A DNA stretch of 42,463 nt from a virus (Duplodnaviria; Caudoviricetes): IMG/VR virus record IMGVR_UViG_3300032046_000067, positions 1 to 42,463 of that record; one strand, given 5' to 3'. The translations under genes were made by a program, and so were the position numbers. Shown one piece after another: positions 18,019 through 27,521 of this stretch. Position 1 is the stretch's first letter, and each line of letters opens with the position of its first letter. The notes beneath the pieces are model-generated. The model was not told the origin of the DNA and ran no database searches. It saw only the letters and a program-made list of their open reading frames with translations.

Positions 18019-18138
18019 TTACTTTTTATAATACTGTCCACCTTTTTGATAACCTGTATCCATTCCACCCATAAAATCACAACCGCAAATTCCAATTACT
18101 AATAAAATACTAATAATTACCAATTTAATAATCCTCAT
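18019..18138 (-). CDS. Small lipoprotein, 39 aa (not in ORF track)
   Basis: MRIIKLVIISILLVIGICG-CDFMGGMDTGYQKGGQYYKK, with ATGA overlap to the upstream gene. Confidence 0.6.
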   Translation of the reverse strand: MRIIKLVIISILLVIGICGCDFMGGMDTGYQKGGQYYKK

Positions 18139-18521
18139 TTTTCGCCTTTTTTCTTTGTGAGCTTCATTTTGGCAAAAATGCCCCCCAGAAGCGTCAAAAG
18201 GGATGTAATAGCCCCCCAGATAGCTCCCTGCTGTTTGCCTGCCCTGGCGGCCTTTACAGCCCTCCTGTTGGCCTCCTGTTCAAGTTCAAGCAGATTTCCC
18301 TTATAAATAATCGCCAAATCCCCATCCGTAACGATAAATTCGGTCAAATTCGGGTAGGCAGGTTTTTGTATTGCCTTAAAAGCCACGCCCATAGGAATAG
18401 TCCATTGTTGCTCTTTTGAAGTCAGGATCGTAGGAAGTTTTTGTTTAAAAGTAGAACAACCAATTACCAATAAAGCGAAAATCGTTACTAATAAGTATTT
18501 ACTCAATATTCGGAAAGACAT
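18135..18521 (-). CDS. Lipoprotein with C-terminal TM (unimolecular-spanin architecture)
   Basis: LLVIG-C lipobox, and C-terminal AIWGAITSLLTLLGGIFA followed by a basic tail. Lies in the lysis-position cluster. Confidence 0.6.
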   Translation of the reverse strand: MSFRILSKYLLVTIFALLVIGCSTFKQKLPTILTSKEQQWTIPMGVAFKAIQKPAYPNLTEFIVTDGDLAIIYKGNLLELEQEANRRAVKAARAGKQQGAIWGAITSLLTLLGGIFAKMKLTKKKGEK

Positions 18522-18699
18522 CTCTAACCTCCTTCATCCTTTTTCTTATCTGTGCCGCCAGCATATCCTCGTTTTCGGTCAATGCTTGGGCTAACAATTT
18601 TTCAAGGGCTTGAAGTTCTTTTATTGCGGCTTCCTTGCGTCCAGGGATAACTTTATTAATTATCTGTGCTACGGCACTTGCCAGGGCGATTGCTTCCAT
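18499..18699 (-). CDS. Hypothetical helical protein
   Basis: Coupled ORF with GGAGGT RBS. Confidence 0.6.
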   Translation of the reverse strand: MEAIALASAVAQIINKVIPGRKEAAIKELQALEKLLAQALTENEDMLAAQIRKRMKEVRDVFPNIE

Positions 18700-18926
18700 T
18701 ATTTTACACCTCCATTCTCCCCTGCTTTTTTGCCGAAATAGAAACTTACCACCGATACCACTACATAAGCCACAAGTTGAGGGTCTAATTTTCCTCTTAT
18801 AGATTGTATGGCAAAAGTAAAATAAACTATCAGAGCAAATACACTACTCGGTTTCAACAATTCATTTATTGAAGTCATCATACTGCAAGGAATATTTATG
18901 GTAAACATAGGTAGTTTAATATTCAT
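18699..18926 (-). CDS. Putative holin (two TM)
   Basis: Two TM helices ending VVSFYFGKK. Confidence 0.6.
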   Translation of the reverse strand: MNIKLPMFTINIPCSMMTSINELLKPSSVFALIVYFTFAIQSIRGKLDPQLVAYVVVSVVSFYFGKKAGENGGVK

Positions 18927-19114
18927 AATTTCCTCCTCAACCTTTTTTCAAGCCTTATTATCTTCCTATCCAATCTCAATATTTCCTGCGCCGGATGTTT
19001 CTGTATGACGAGTAGGTTGCGTTCTTCTCTCAATACTTCTATTTGCTTTTTTAACCTATCGTGCCGTTCTGATTTTCTTCTGTCTAACCAGTCGGAGATT
19101 GTCATACTCCCCAA
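18923..19114 (-). CDS. Small basic coiled-coil protein
   Basis: Coupled ORF. Confidence 0.5.
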   Translation of the reverse strand: MGSMTISDWLDRRKSERHDRLKKQIEVLREERNLLVIQKHPAQEILRLDRKIIRLEKRLRRKL

Positions 19115-19293
19115 TCCCTTTTTAGTTCTATAAAGAAAGGTAGTTTTTTATCTTCTTCTCTGCGGTTTTCCCATATCCCAGGGCAACCGCCTACCTTTGC
19201 ACAATAGACCATATTACCCTCTTGGAAAAAGAGATTGCCCTTGCATATCGGACATTCGTGCTTACGGCGGTCATCGTTCATCTTTTTTGACAA
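19102..19293 (-). CDS. Small zinc-ribbon protein
   Basis: CPIC...C....C. Likely start MNDD with ATGA overlap. Confidence 0.55.
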   Translation of the reverse strand: MSKKMNDDRRKHECPICKGNLFFQEGNMVYCAKVGGCPGIWENRREEDKKLPFFIELKRDWGV

Positions 19294-19528
19294 TTAACAA
19301 TGTATCCAGTTTAATGTCTATCTTCGCAAGGCTCAAATCTATTCCCTTGATACACTGTTGAAGCACCGCAATATCCTTTGAATTATCTTGTCCTGCCTTG
19401 ACGGCTTCTACCGCTATACTATAAGTCTTATTAAAAAATACGGACATCAAAAGAGTAATAATTGCAGTCAAGATAACATAGACCATTTTCAAACCTACAT
19501 CTTGCCGTCTTTCGCCATTCAATGCCAT
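19271..19528 (-). CDS. Single-TM coiled-coil protein (holin/XhlA-like)
   Basis: TM followed by IAVLQQ...IDIKLD coiled coil. First gene after the fibre genes. Confidence 0.55.
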   Translation of the reverse strand: MALNGERRQDVGLKMVYVILTAIITLLMSVFFNKTYSIAVEAVKAGQDNSKDIAVLQQCIKGIDLSLAKIDIKLDTLLIVKKDER

Positions 19529-19628
19529 CTCCTCACTCCTTTTTTATCTCCTTAATTGTGAAAGTGCCAAATATCCCCATAACAACTCGCCTTATACACA
19601 AAACCTCTGCCGAACCAGAAAGTTATCA

Positions 19629-21149
19629 TTAGATAAAATTTATGATACAGAGAGCTATACCGCCTGCCGCAGGAGCCACATACTCATCCGCCCCGATGTC
19701 CCAAGTGCCTGAACGGGTTACTCCGTCTATGTCGTCGGTGAAAGTGCCAGATAAATCTGTTCCTGCGTCTATTAAATTTGGTGCGGTAGATTTAAGGTGA
19801 AAATCACCATTGGCATAATCCACAAAGTTGGCAGCCCAATCCGTAGCCTCGGCAGTCCAGTCAATATTCCCTGTTCCTGCTTGTGCATCGTCGGAAGCTG
19901 AATAAGTTACCGTAATCGTGCCTGCATAGTCATCGGCATTGTTAAATACAGCACTATTCTTAACTAGTGCTGGAATTGTATTCATTCCAAAATAACAACC
20001 ACTTATCGTGGAATTAAATACATCTATCGTAGTTGCAGCGTTAGTCTGGACAAGACATCCATAATACAAACTATAAATTATATTGTTATAACAGAGAATT
20101 GGAGTATCAGTAGAAAATGAGTAAATGCCACAGGATAAAGATGCTGATAACGCATCAGAAAACATAATACTATTTGTTATTTTAATCACTCCACCCCAAA
20201 GTTGATTTATATGCACACAATCTCCAGTTCCCGCGCTTGTTACTTCAATTACTAAACCTACAATCCTGACATTCATAAGGTAACCTGAAATATTTATGGC
20301 ATCAACATTAGTAGAAGCGGATAAATCCAAACGGTATTCGTTAATAGTCCCAGTAACTTTCCCCTTATGCCTCGCCGCCGCAGTCGTGTAGATATTGATA
20401 TAACGAGTTGCGTCAGTAGTATAATTGTGTATCGTAACCGCAGTCGTATCAGCACTTGACCAAGTTCCGTCTATCTCTACATCAAAGTATTTATCGGCGG
20501 TAACTAAATTCTGCTCATTGGCGTTCATACAGGTTTCCAACGCAGTATAATCACCGCCAGAGGGCATAACTGTTTTCTTGAGTTGAGTTGCGGCATAAGC
20601 ATTGTCTAACCAGAATTTCTTTACTATCGTTAAATATGGACTTACTTTTCGCCATAAGTAACCAATCGGACTATTTATCGGCGCGGATATTTCACTTGCT
20701 AATCCTGTCTTGGTGATGAGTTTATTTGTGATTGCGGTTTTAGTAAAGGTAACAGAATTAGTTTTTATCGCTGAAATATCTACTTTGGGTAAGGCGTATT
20801 TTCTTACCCTGATTAGTTTAGGATGTTGTGGGTCAGTATTATCTATAAGCGATTGTTCATATTGCTTTGCCTGTGCCTCGGTTATGCTCGGCACTTTTAC
20901 CACAACATAATTCGGCAGACATTCCTCTTTGCCCCAAAGCCAACCGTCAGAACGGACAACGATAATATCGCCTATTTGACTTCGGGCTTCGTAGGATTGC
21001 TTCTCGCCTGGTGTCATTTTATTAACTTCTACCAAAGTTAGACTATCCATCCAATGAGATTTGGCACGGATTAATAATTCGGCACTAAAACAATCCCCCA
21101 TAAAGCAAAAGCAAATCAGCAATAATGGGATGATGAGAAGTTTACGCAT
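19629..21149 (-). CDS. Signal-peptide beta-helix fibre/adhesin-like protein (true start MRKLL at 21149)
   Basis: AAGGAG RBS before 21149 and Sec signal. Beta-helix-type repeats and C-terminal GDFHL...DIDG..R...DIGADEY cap. Confidence 0.75.
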   Translation of the reverse strand: MRKLLIIPLLLICFCFMGDCFSAELLIRAKSHWMDSLTLVEVNKMTPGEKQSYEARSQIGDIIVVRSDGWLWGKEECLPNYVVVKVPSITEAQAKQYEQSLIDNTDPQHPKLIRVRKYALPKVDISAIKTNSVTFTKTAITNKLITKTGLASEISAPINSPIGYLWRKVSPYLTIVKKFWLDNAYAATQLKKTVMPSGGDYTALETCMNANEQNLVTADKYFDVEIDGTWSSADTTAVTIHNYTTDATRYINIYTTAAARHKGKVTGTINEYRLDLSASTNVDAINISGYLMNVRIVGLVIEVTSAGTGDCVHINQLWGGVIKITNSIMFSDALSASLSCGIYSFSTDTPILCYNNIIYSLYYGCLVQTNAATTIDVFNSTISGCYFGMNTIPALVKNSAVFNNADDYAGTITVTYSASDDAQAGTGNIDWTAEATDWAANFVDYANGDFHLKSTAPNLIDAGTDLSGTFTDDIDGVTRSGTWDIGADEYVAPAAGGIALCIINFI

Positions 21150-21165
21150 AGGGGGCTCTCCTTTG

Positions 21166-22275
21166 TTAATCATAGTCAAAAGTAATATCAAAATGTGCCT
21201 GATGTATGGCGGTATTCGGCGCACTATCATAAGTCAGGTAAATACATTTCCCTGCGACAACCGTGGAATTTGTGATTGTGCTATCCGAACGCACTCCGCT
21301 TGTGGTATCAAAATCGTTGATGAGTGTAGCATTAGCTAAACTAATAAAAGTGTCGGCGTATTTTATATCCCCTACTATCTCATTTGTAGTGGCGTCAAGA
21401 GTAACCTCAAGATTTGTGATGGTGATATTTGCGTCTAATTTTCCCCAAAGACATAACTCATTATCTTCGGTCTGCATAGTGAGAGGGTCAGGGATAGTAG
21501 CTAAAATGTGGTGGCGGTTTCCTGCGATATTGGAATTATTGGCAATAGTTACCGTTCCTGTAAATGTAGGTGAGGCAGTATTGGCTTTCGTCGCCCATAA
21601 TGTAGCGTCTATGGTATCTATATCGCCATCATCATTGGTGTCTAATAAGTGCAAGTAATCATAAATGCTATTCTTGGTAAGGGTATGGTTATCGCCATTG
21701 TAAGATGAGCCATAGACGGTGTCGGTAACGGTAAGATTAACAAGGGCAGGTGAGGCGGTGGTGTCTACATCTTGGTTCATTTTATAGAGTTCATAAGCAC
21801 CCTGACCGGTGTTTACAGTAGTAAAAGTAACTGCATCGGTAGTATTCGTTCCCTGATTAGAGGTGTATTTAGAATATCCTGCCGAAGCGTGATTGCCCCA
21901 GCCATAAGCAGTATCATAGTTGGATTTTAGGGTAGCGTTAAAGTCTGCGGTGATTTGTGTGCCTGTAAGGGTTAGATTAACAGTTCCGGTATTGGCGACG
22001 GTGGTGGCTTCGCCGCCACCCAAGACAAGAGCTTCGATTTTGTCATAGATGGCATCTTTTGGGGCGGCGTGTTGATCACCATTCCAAGATGCTGCGTAAG
22101 GGTCGGCATTTATGGTCACATTAGCAAAAGTCGGGCTACTGCCAGGAGTTATAACTTCAATAGGAGTCCCGGAAGGAAATCTTTGCGCTAAATCGGTTGC
22201 CGGATAGACTAATTCGAAGACAAGAAATAAAATAAATATACAAACAACAATCGGCAATATATGTATTTTTTTCAT
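21166..22275 (-). CDS. Signal-peptide Thr/Asn-rich tail-fibre-like protein
   Basis: MKKIHILPIVVCIFILFLVFELVYPA signal. Fibre-type motifs YDTAYGWGNHA and KANTASPTFTGTVT. Confidence 0.7.
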   Translation of the reverse strand: MKKIHILPIVVCIFILFLVFELVYPATDLAQRFPSGTPIEVITPGSSPTFANVTINADPYAASWNGDQHAAPKDAIYDKIEALVLGGGEATTVANTGTVNLTLTGTQITADFNATLKSNYDTAYGWGNHASAGYSKYTSNQGTNTTDAVTFTTVNTGQGAYELYKMNQDVDTTASPALVNLTVTDTVYGSSYNGDNHTLTKNSIYDYLHLLDTNDDGDIDTIDATLWATKANTASPTFTGTVTIANNSNIAGNRHHILATIPDPLTMQTEDNELCLWGKLDANITITNLEVTLDATTNEIVGDIKYADTFISLANATLINDFDTTSGVRSDSTITNSTVVAGKCIYLTYDSAPNTAIHQAHFDITFDYD

Positions 22276-22278
22276 AGT

Positions 22279-22539
22279 TTATAGTGCGTTATAGTAATTA
22301 TATACCGTTGCTGGGTCTGCCCTTGCCGCCCAGGCCGCTACATATCCAGAAGCACCCATTACATAACGATAAGTTCCGGTTGACGCTGTGCGTTTCTGGA
22401 TTATCCAAGCCCCATTTTCAGCAAGATAACCAAAGTAAGAGGGGTCGCTTGCCATATCCTCATCAGAAATTTCAAAGATAACATTATGGTCGCCTACCTT
22501 ATGGTAAATAAAATTTGTATCGGGTCTTTGTATTGCCAT
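22279..22539 (-). CDS. Small beta-rich structural-module protein
   Basis: AAGGAGG RBS and YFGY...GAWIIQK...YRY...W.AR motif. Confidence 0.65.
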   Translation of the reverse strand: MAIQRPDTNFIYHKVGDHNVIFEISDEDMASDPSYFGYLAENGAWIIQKRTASTGTYRYVMGASGYVAAWAARADPATVYNYYNAL

Positions 22540-22556
22540 ATTATTTCACCCCTCCT

Positions 22557-23015
22557 TTATACTTTATCCGCTAAGTTTATTAAACCCTGGCCAAATTTAA
22601 GTTTAAAATTTGCCTTTTCTGCTTCCAATTCTTCCCTTGCCTTGATAAGAGCTTTGGTGTTATTCTCATTCTTGAGCCGTTCATGTTCGTTCTTAATATG
22701 ATTATCGGCTATCTCCTTATTCTGTTTAATGACATTTTCATTGAATAACTTTTGAGTCTTAACCAATTCCCTTGTTGCTGTTTCTGTATTGTTGAGTAAT
22801 ACCTGTGTGTCCTCTTTGAGTTTAACCAAATCCTCTATTTTCTTAATTTCCTTTTCCCTGGCATTAAGACCTTCTGTCCTGGCATCCTGCGCCACCTTGA
22901 TTAAATTAAGTTCCTCTTTTTTGTCGGAAATTTCTTTTAATACTTTGCTAACTGAACTTTTAAATTCTCCAAGTGTTACGCTAAAACCTTCGATTGCCTG
23001 TAAAATCTTGTCCAT
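22557..23015 (-). CDS. Coiled-coil protein
   Basis: K/E-rich heptads and AAGGAGG RBS. Confidence 0.7.
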   Translation of the reverse strand: MDKILQAIEGFSVTLGEFKSSVSKVLKEISDKKEELNLIKVAQDARTEGLNAREKEIKKIEDLVKLKEDTQVLLNNTETATRELVKTQKLFNENVIKQNKEIADNHIKNEHERLKNENNTKALIKAREELEAEKANFKLKFGQGLINLADKV

Positions 23016-23039
23016 TTGTTCCTCCTTGATAAATTGTTT

Positions 23040-23483
23040 TTATTTTACTCCCGCAATATAACACGCAACGCTTGCCGTGTCATCTGCATCGGTATTGTTT
23101 CCCGTTAATGTTACCGTTATATATTTATATGGCCAGTTTGCGTCAAGCCAGAAAAAATACCAACCATTGCTTGATATAGTTTCTGAGGTTTGAGGAGTAA
23201 CCGTTCCGGCTACATCCATAAAAGACCCAGCAACATAATTCGTTCCGTCATAAGAAACGGTGATTGCGACTGTAAGGCTAACTGAAGCTCCGACCTGAGT
23301 TTCATCGTAAGAAACCCAAAATCCAATTTTCTTATAGTCTTGGATATAAGCCTCCCCTGTTGCGCTTGTAGGCGAATCATCAAGAAGAGTAGTAGCTATA
23401 AGAGTTTCATTTACTTCACCCGCAAATGCCTGACTTGTTATGAATAAACAGGCCAGTAAAATGAAGATTAGTTTTTTATTCAT
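23040..23483 (-). CDS. Signal-peptide beta-sandwich protein
   Basis: MNKKLIFILLACLFITSQAFA-GE with A-x-A site, and AAGGAGG RBS. Confidence 0.75.
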   Translation of the reverse strand: MNKKLIFILLACLFITSQAFAGEVNETLIATTLLDDSPTSATGEAYIQDYKKIGFWVSYDETQVGASVSLTVAITVSYDGTNYVAGSFMDVAGTVTPQTSETISSNGWYFFWLDANWPYKYITVTLTGNNTDADDTASVACYIAGVK

Positions 23484-23510
23484 ACTGCCTCCTTTTTATG
23501 TCATAAAACC

Positions 23511-26500
23511 CTATTTCGTTGACGAACTTCTATGTTTATTTACCCCACTGCTTCTTGTTGATGAACTTCTGCCCTTTTTGTTTTTTGGTATCAATCCTTT
23601 TCCTATCTGTGCCGCCTGTGAAGCCCCGGGTATCCCTAACAATGAACCCGCCGCTCCTAATGTAATTATTAAGCCCTTCAATTTAGTTTCGATAGTTTTG
23701 CCTTTTACAATTCTACCCGCACCTTCTAAAATATCCTCTAAAGTATTTATCACCGGAACAGGATTAGATGAATAAGTTATAGCGGAAACTAACTGTCCGA
23801 GCAAGGGAACGCTTTGAACCATATTCAAAACTACTCCCGAAACAAAACTTTCTTCTTTCTTTTTATCTTGAGCAAAAGCATTTGTTATTTTTCTTGACCC
23901 TCTACGGATTCCTTCTTCAACCGCTCCGGCAAATATTAACAACCAAAAGAATGAAGAAATAGTTTTGCCATAATCTTTTTCTTTTATTCCCATTCTCCAT
24001 ATCTGCCTATTGATATTATCCCATCTGTTAAGCATAAAACTTTGAAAAGTAAGAATTGTCTTATTTAATGATTTATTATCAGTAAGTCCATAACCTGCTG
24101 TTATGGCGAGTGGTTGGTCTTTGAAAAAAGATGACCCTTGACTTTCTCTCATCAAACGCGTAGCTTCAATGATTAAGCCAGGATTAGGATTTTTTAAGTC
24201 AACTGCAATACCTTTTTCAGAACATAACTTTTCGTATGAACCAGAAGCCGCAGTTGAACGCATAATTCCGTCTAATACTTGCAAAGGTTTAAGCCCCGTT
24301 CTTGCCATATTGCCAAAAAACCCTTCCCCAAATTCCCTAAAAGCTATATCATCTCCTACTGCTTTCTTGATTTCGGGGAAATTGTCCATAATAAAATTAC
24401 GCCATTCTTTAGATGTAGAAATATTAGTAGCCCCTTTAGTAGCCCATCTTACGCCTATTGTCGCTATAGTATCAGCGAAAGATGAAAATTGCACTAAAGC
24501 AGATGATAATCTAAAAGACAAAACGCCAGCACCGATATTCTGACGGAGTATATCTAAGGCGGCAATTCGCTTTGCTCCTTCTGTGCCGCCTTTCCTTGCC
24601 ATTAAATCAAGCCATTGAAGCCAAGCAAGAGTTCCAACATCGCCTAATTTTTCTCGCATCTCAGGAGAATTTACTATCTCAAAATACATCTTAATATTTT
24701 TGCCTGTATTTAACATATAAGCGACATCATCTAAATGCCTGCGGAATATTTTATCTATATTTGTCTCTAATTTTATTTTACTTATTTTGGCGCGTTCTTT
24801 AGTAAAACCTTGCTCAACCGTCTTAGTCTTACGATTAGCAATCTGTTCGGGGGTTTGTCCGAATCTCTGATATATTTCTAAATCAGACATCAATTCGTAA
24901 TCTGACATAAAAGATACATAATTTTCCTGTTCTCCTACATCAGCATTATAGACTTCTTTTGAGTATTGTTTTACTGCAGGGAACTCTTTATCAAAAATAT
25001 ATAATACAAACTGATAAGCGGCTTCTTCTTCTGGGGTAAGTTTAATAGCGTCAACTTCTGCTTTAGTTATCCCGTTATTGGCGAGCCTTTCTAACCCGCC
25101 CTCTTGCCTTGATGCCGCTATAACTCCTATTCTTTCAAATTCCTTATCAGTAAAATCCTTAGTTAAATTATACCATTGCTGAATTGCCTCATCGTTATGA
25201 ATAAGGTATTTAGAAAAATCAGCATCTAAGACTTTCTTCATTTCTTGCATACCCGTAACATCCGCTAAACCGTCTATAGGCGTAAGACCTACACCTGTCT
25301 TTTGGGCATAATTCTGCAAGGCAATACATCTTTCAACCCAGGAATTTACTTTATCTCCGATAGGAACTTTAGGTAAAAGAGTGGAATTTATGGGAGTTAC
25401 TGTCTGCATAAGTTGGATTTTAGTTTTTTCTTTAGTGGACTCATAAACTGCTTCCCTTGCTTTTAACTTAGTCTTTCCCAACCTGCTTAAATCATCTATT
25501 GTTTGCTTGACTTGGCGCAGTTGGTCTAAAGTCATATCCTTAAGATTGACTTTTTCAAGCATAGCAAGTTTCTCTGCTGGTATATCTATCGGCCTACCCT
25601 CAATTTTCATCCTCTCAACAAACGCTTTCATACTCTCGCGTCTGGCGATAGTTTTTTCTGTTCTATTTCTTAAATCAAACTTAGCTTTAAGATTATTTAT
25701 TAATTCCTGATATTCAATGGCGATATTTTCAGCAGGGGCAGATTCTATGCTTTCTACTAAATTTGCTACCTCATTACGAAGCGCTAATTTCTGCTTTCTA
25801 TTTTCTTGAATATCATCATACTTTTGTTTTAAGTTTTCTAATTTAACCTGTGCCTTAGCTTTCTCTGCCTCTATCTGATACTCACCAGATACTATTTGTT
25901 TCTCTAATTTAGCAATATCTCTTTCATATTCTCTGACTAATAAATCCTCATTGGCAAATTCCTGCTCTAATGCAGTCGTCTTTTCTTTTTGGAACTCTTT
26001 GGATATTTGTGCCTCTCTCTGGAATAATCGCTTGAGTGCTTTAGATTCTTCTATAATATCACCGACTTTAACCTGACCTGTAGTGGCACGGATTACCCCC
26101 TTGACTTTGCTTGTAGGGATTACGCTGGGTTTGGAAGGTTCTATTATTTCACCTGTGGGTTGGGAGAGTTTGATTATTGATGGGTCTAATACAAAAACTT
26201 GGTCGTATGTGCCTTTTCCAAAAGCCCTTTCCTGTCCTTTTAAAACGATTGCATCATAACCTTTATTTTTCAATTCTTTAATAAACGAAGTATGTGAGTA
26301 GGGTGCTTCTATTAAAAGCTCGTTCTCCTTTGTGATATTGTAAGGTTTCTTTATATCAAGATTAACTGCGGTTATTTTTCCTTCTTTACCTGCAAAAGTT
26401 TTCGCATAATCTTCGCTTGTTGTAAAATGAGTTCCGAGTTTTTCTTCGCCTGTTCTTAATGTTTTCTTTTGGGTAAAATCAGTTATTAACTCTTTACCGC

Positions 26501-27521
26501 CAGTATAATATACCTTCCCCTCACCTGTGGGGACTTCTACTTCTGGAATGCTTAACTGACTTAAAATAGCTACTACCTGGCGACCATCCATTTCTATAAT
26601 GGCTCGTTGCCCTATAATCTCCTTGATTATACCTTTTAAGATAATACCTTCAGGATTAGTGAATTGGACAGTCTGACCAAGTTTAGGGATAATAACCGAC
26701 CCTCGCCTTACAATTCCTATTTCTTCCTGAAGTAATGAGAACAAAGATTTTCTTGAGGCATAATTTTCTAATATACTTGGTTCTATTTCTGTTTCTAAAC
26801 TTACTCCCAATGTTCCTTCTGTTGCACTTGGCACATTAGGAGCAGTCAATTTTGAAAGTAATCTGTTTTTATATCCTTGTTCTAATGATTGCCTCAATAC
26901 TTCTTCGCTCTTATACCCTGAAGGCATATACTTAGACATAGCATCATCAGTAAATTTAGTTGCAGCTTCATCAATTCTTCTGCTAATATTTCTTGTCAAT
27001 AATTCTTTTCTCAATGCCGCTTTACCTAAACCCAAAAGACCTAAAGCTACTATATCTTCACCTATATCGGCGGTTATCTTGGCCCATTTGGGCATATTTT
27101 CTATACCAGGGATATATTCATAAAATCTCTTAGTATCTTCCGATTGTAATATCCCACGCTGAACTCTATCTATCAAATCATATCCGCCAGAAGTATCTAT
27201 TGCTCCTCTAATTCCTTTCAATATAGTTAATTCAGGCACTAAGGCAAATTCAGTAATTGCTTCAGCTTTTGGGCTCGTTAATACCCAATCTGTTCGTAAA
27301 CCAAAAGGAACTTCCTCGCCTTTTTCTCTATAAGTTAATTCTACTACTGCCTGTGCTTTTTGTTCTTCAGTTAAAGGCGGTTCATATTTTCTTTCTTCGG
27401 GTTTTATGGCACGGAGTTCAGGAATAAAAGGAACAGCACTTCCTAAGTCAAAAGTATCTTTTTCTAAAAGTCCATCTTCCCGTTCCCTGATTGCTATAGC
27501 CGAACCTAAATCAAATGGCAT
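23511..27521 (-). CDS. Large internal virion/ejection protein (gp16 position) with ART-PolyVal-like insert
   Basis: 1336 aa, third gene after tail tubular B. Helical with C-terminal hydrophobic segments and an ART-like block at about 26160-26520. Confidence 0.75.
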   Translation of the reverse strand: MPFDLGSAIAIREREDGLLEKDTFDLGSAVPFIPELRAIKPEERKYEPPLTEEQKAQAVVELTYREKGEEVPFGLRTDWVLTSPKAEAITEFALVPELTILKGIRGAIDTSGGYDLIDRVQRGILQSEDTKRFYEYIPGIENMPKWAKITADIGEDIVALGLLGLGKAALRKELLTRNISRRIDEAATKFTDDAMSKYMPSGYKSEEVLRQSLEQGYKNRLLSKLTAPNVPSATEGTLGVSLETEIEPSILENYASRKSLFSLLQEEIGIVRRGSVIIPKLGQTVQFTNPEGIILKGIIKEIIGQRAIIEMDGRQVVAILSQLSIPEVEVPTGEGKVYYTGGKELITDFTQKKTLRTGEEKLGTHFTTSEDYAKTFAGKEGKITAVNLDIKKPYNITKENELLIEAPYSHTSFIKELKNKGYDAIVLKGQERAFGKGTYDQVFVLDPSIIKLSQPTGEIIEPSKPSVIPTSKVKGVIRATTGQVKVGDIIEESKALKRLFQREAQISKEFQKEKTTALEQEFANEDLLVREYERDIAKLEKQIVSGEYQIEAEKAKAQVKLENLKQKYDDIQENRKQKLALRNEVANLVESIESAPAENIAIEYQELINNLKAKFDLRNRTEKTIARRESMKAFVERMKIEGRPIDIPAEKLAMLEKVNLKDMTLDQLRQVKQTIDDLSRLGKTKLKAREAVYESTKEKTKIQLMQTVTPINSTLLPKVPIGDKVNSWVERCIALQNYAQKTGVGLTPIDGLADVTGMQEMKKVLDADFSKYLIHNDEAIQQWYNLTKDFTDKEFERIGVIAASRQEGGLERLANNGITKAEVDAIKLTPEEEAAYQFVLYIFDKEFPAVKQYSKEVYNADVGEQENYVSFMSDYELMSDLEIYQRFGQTPEQIANRKTKTVEQGFTKERAKISKIKLETNIDKIFRRHLDDVAYMLNTGKNIKMYFEIVNSPEMREKLGDVGTLAWLQWLDLMARKGGTEGAKRIAALDILRQNIGAGVLSFRLSSALVQFSSFADTIATIGVRWATKGATNISTSKEWRNFIMDNFPEIKKAVGDDIAFREFGEGFFGNMARTGLKPLQVLDGIMRSTAASGSYEKLCSEKGIAVDLKNPNPGLIIEATRLMRESQGSSFFKDQPLAITAGYGLTDNKSLNKTILTFQSFMLNRWDNINRQIWRMGIKEKDYGKTISSFFWLLIFAGAVEEGIRRGSRKITNAFAQDKKKEESFVSGVVLNMVQSVPLLGQLVSAITYSSNPVPVINTLEDILEGAGRIVKGKTIETKLKGLIITLGAAGSLLGIPGASQAAQIGKGLIPKNKKGRSSSTRSSGVNKHRSSSTK

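Noticed and set aside
21150-21230. ORF-track start for the 533-aa protein
   Set aside because: It overlaps the upstream gene and lacks an RBS. The ATG at 21149 has AAGGAG and yields a clean signal peptide.
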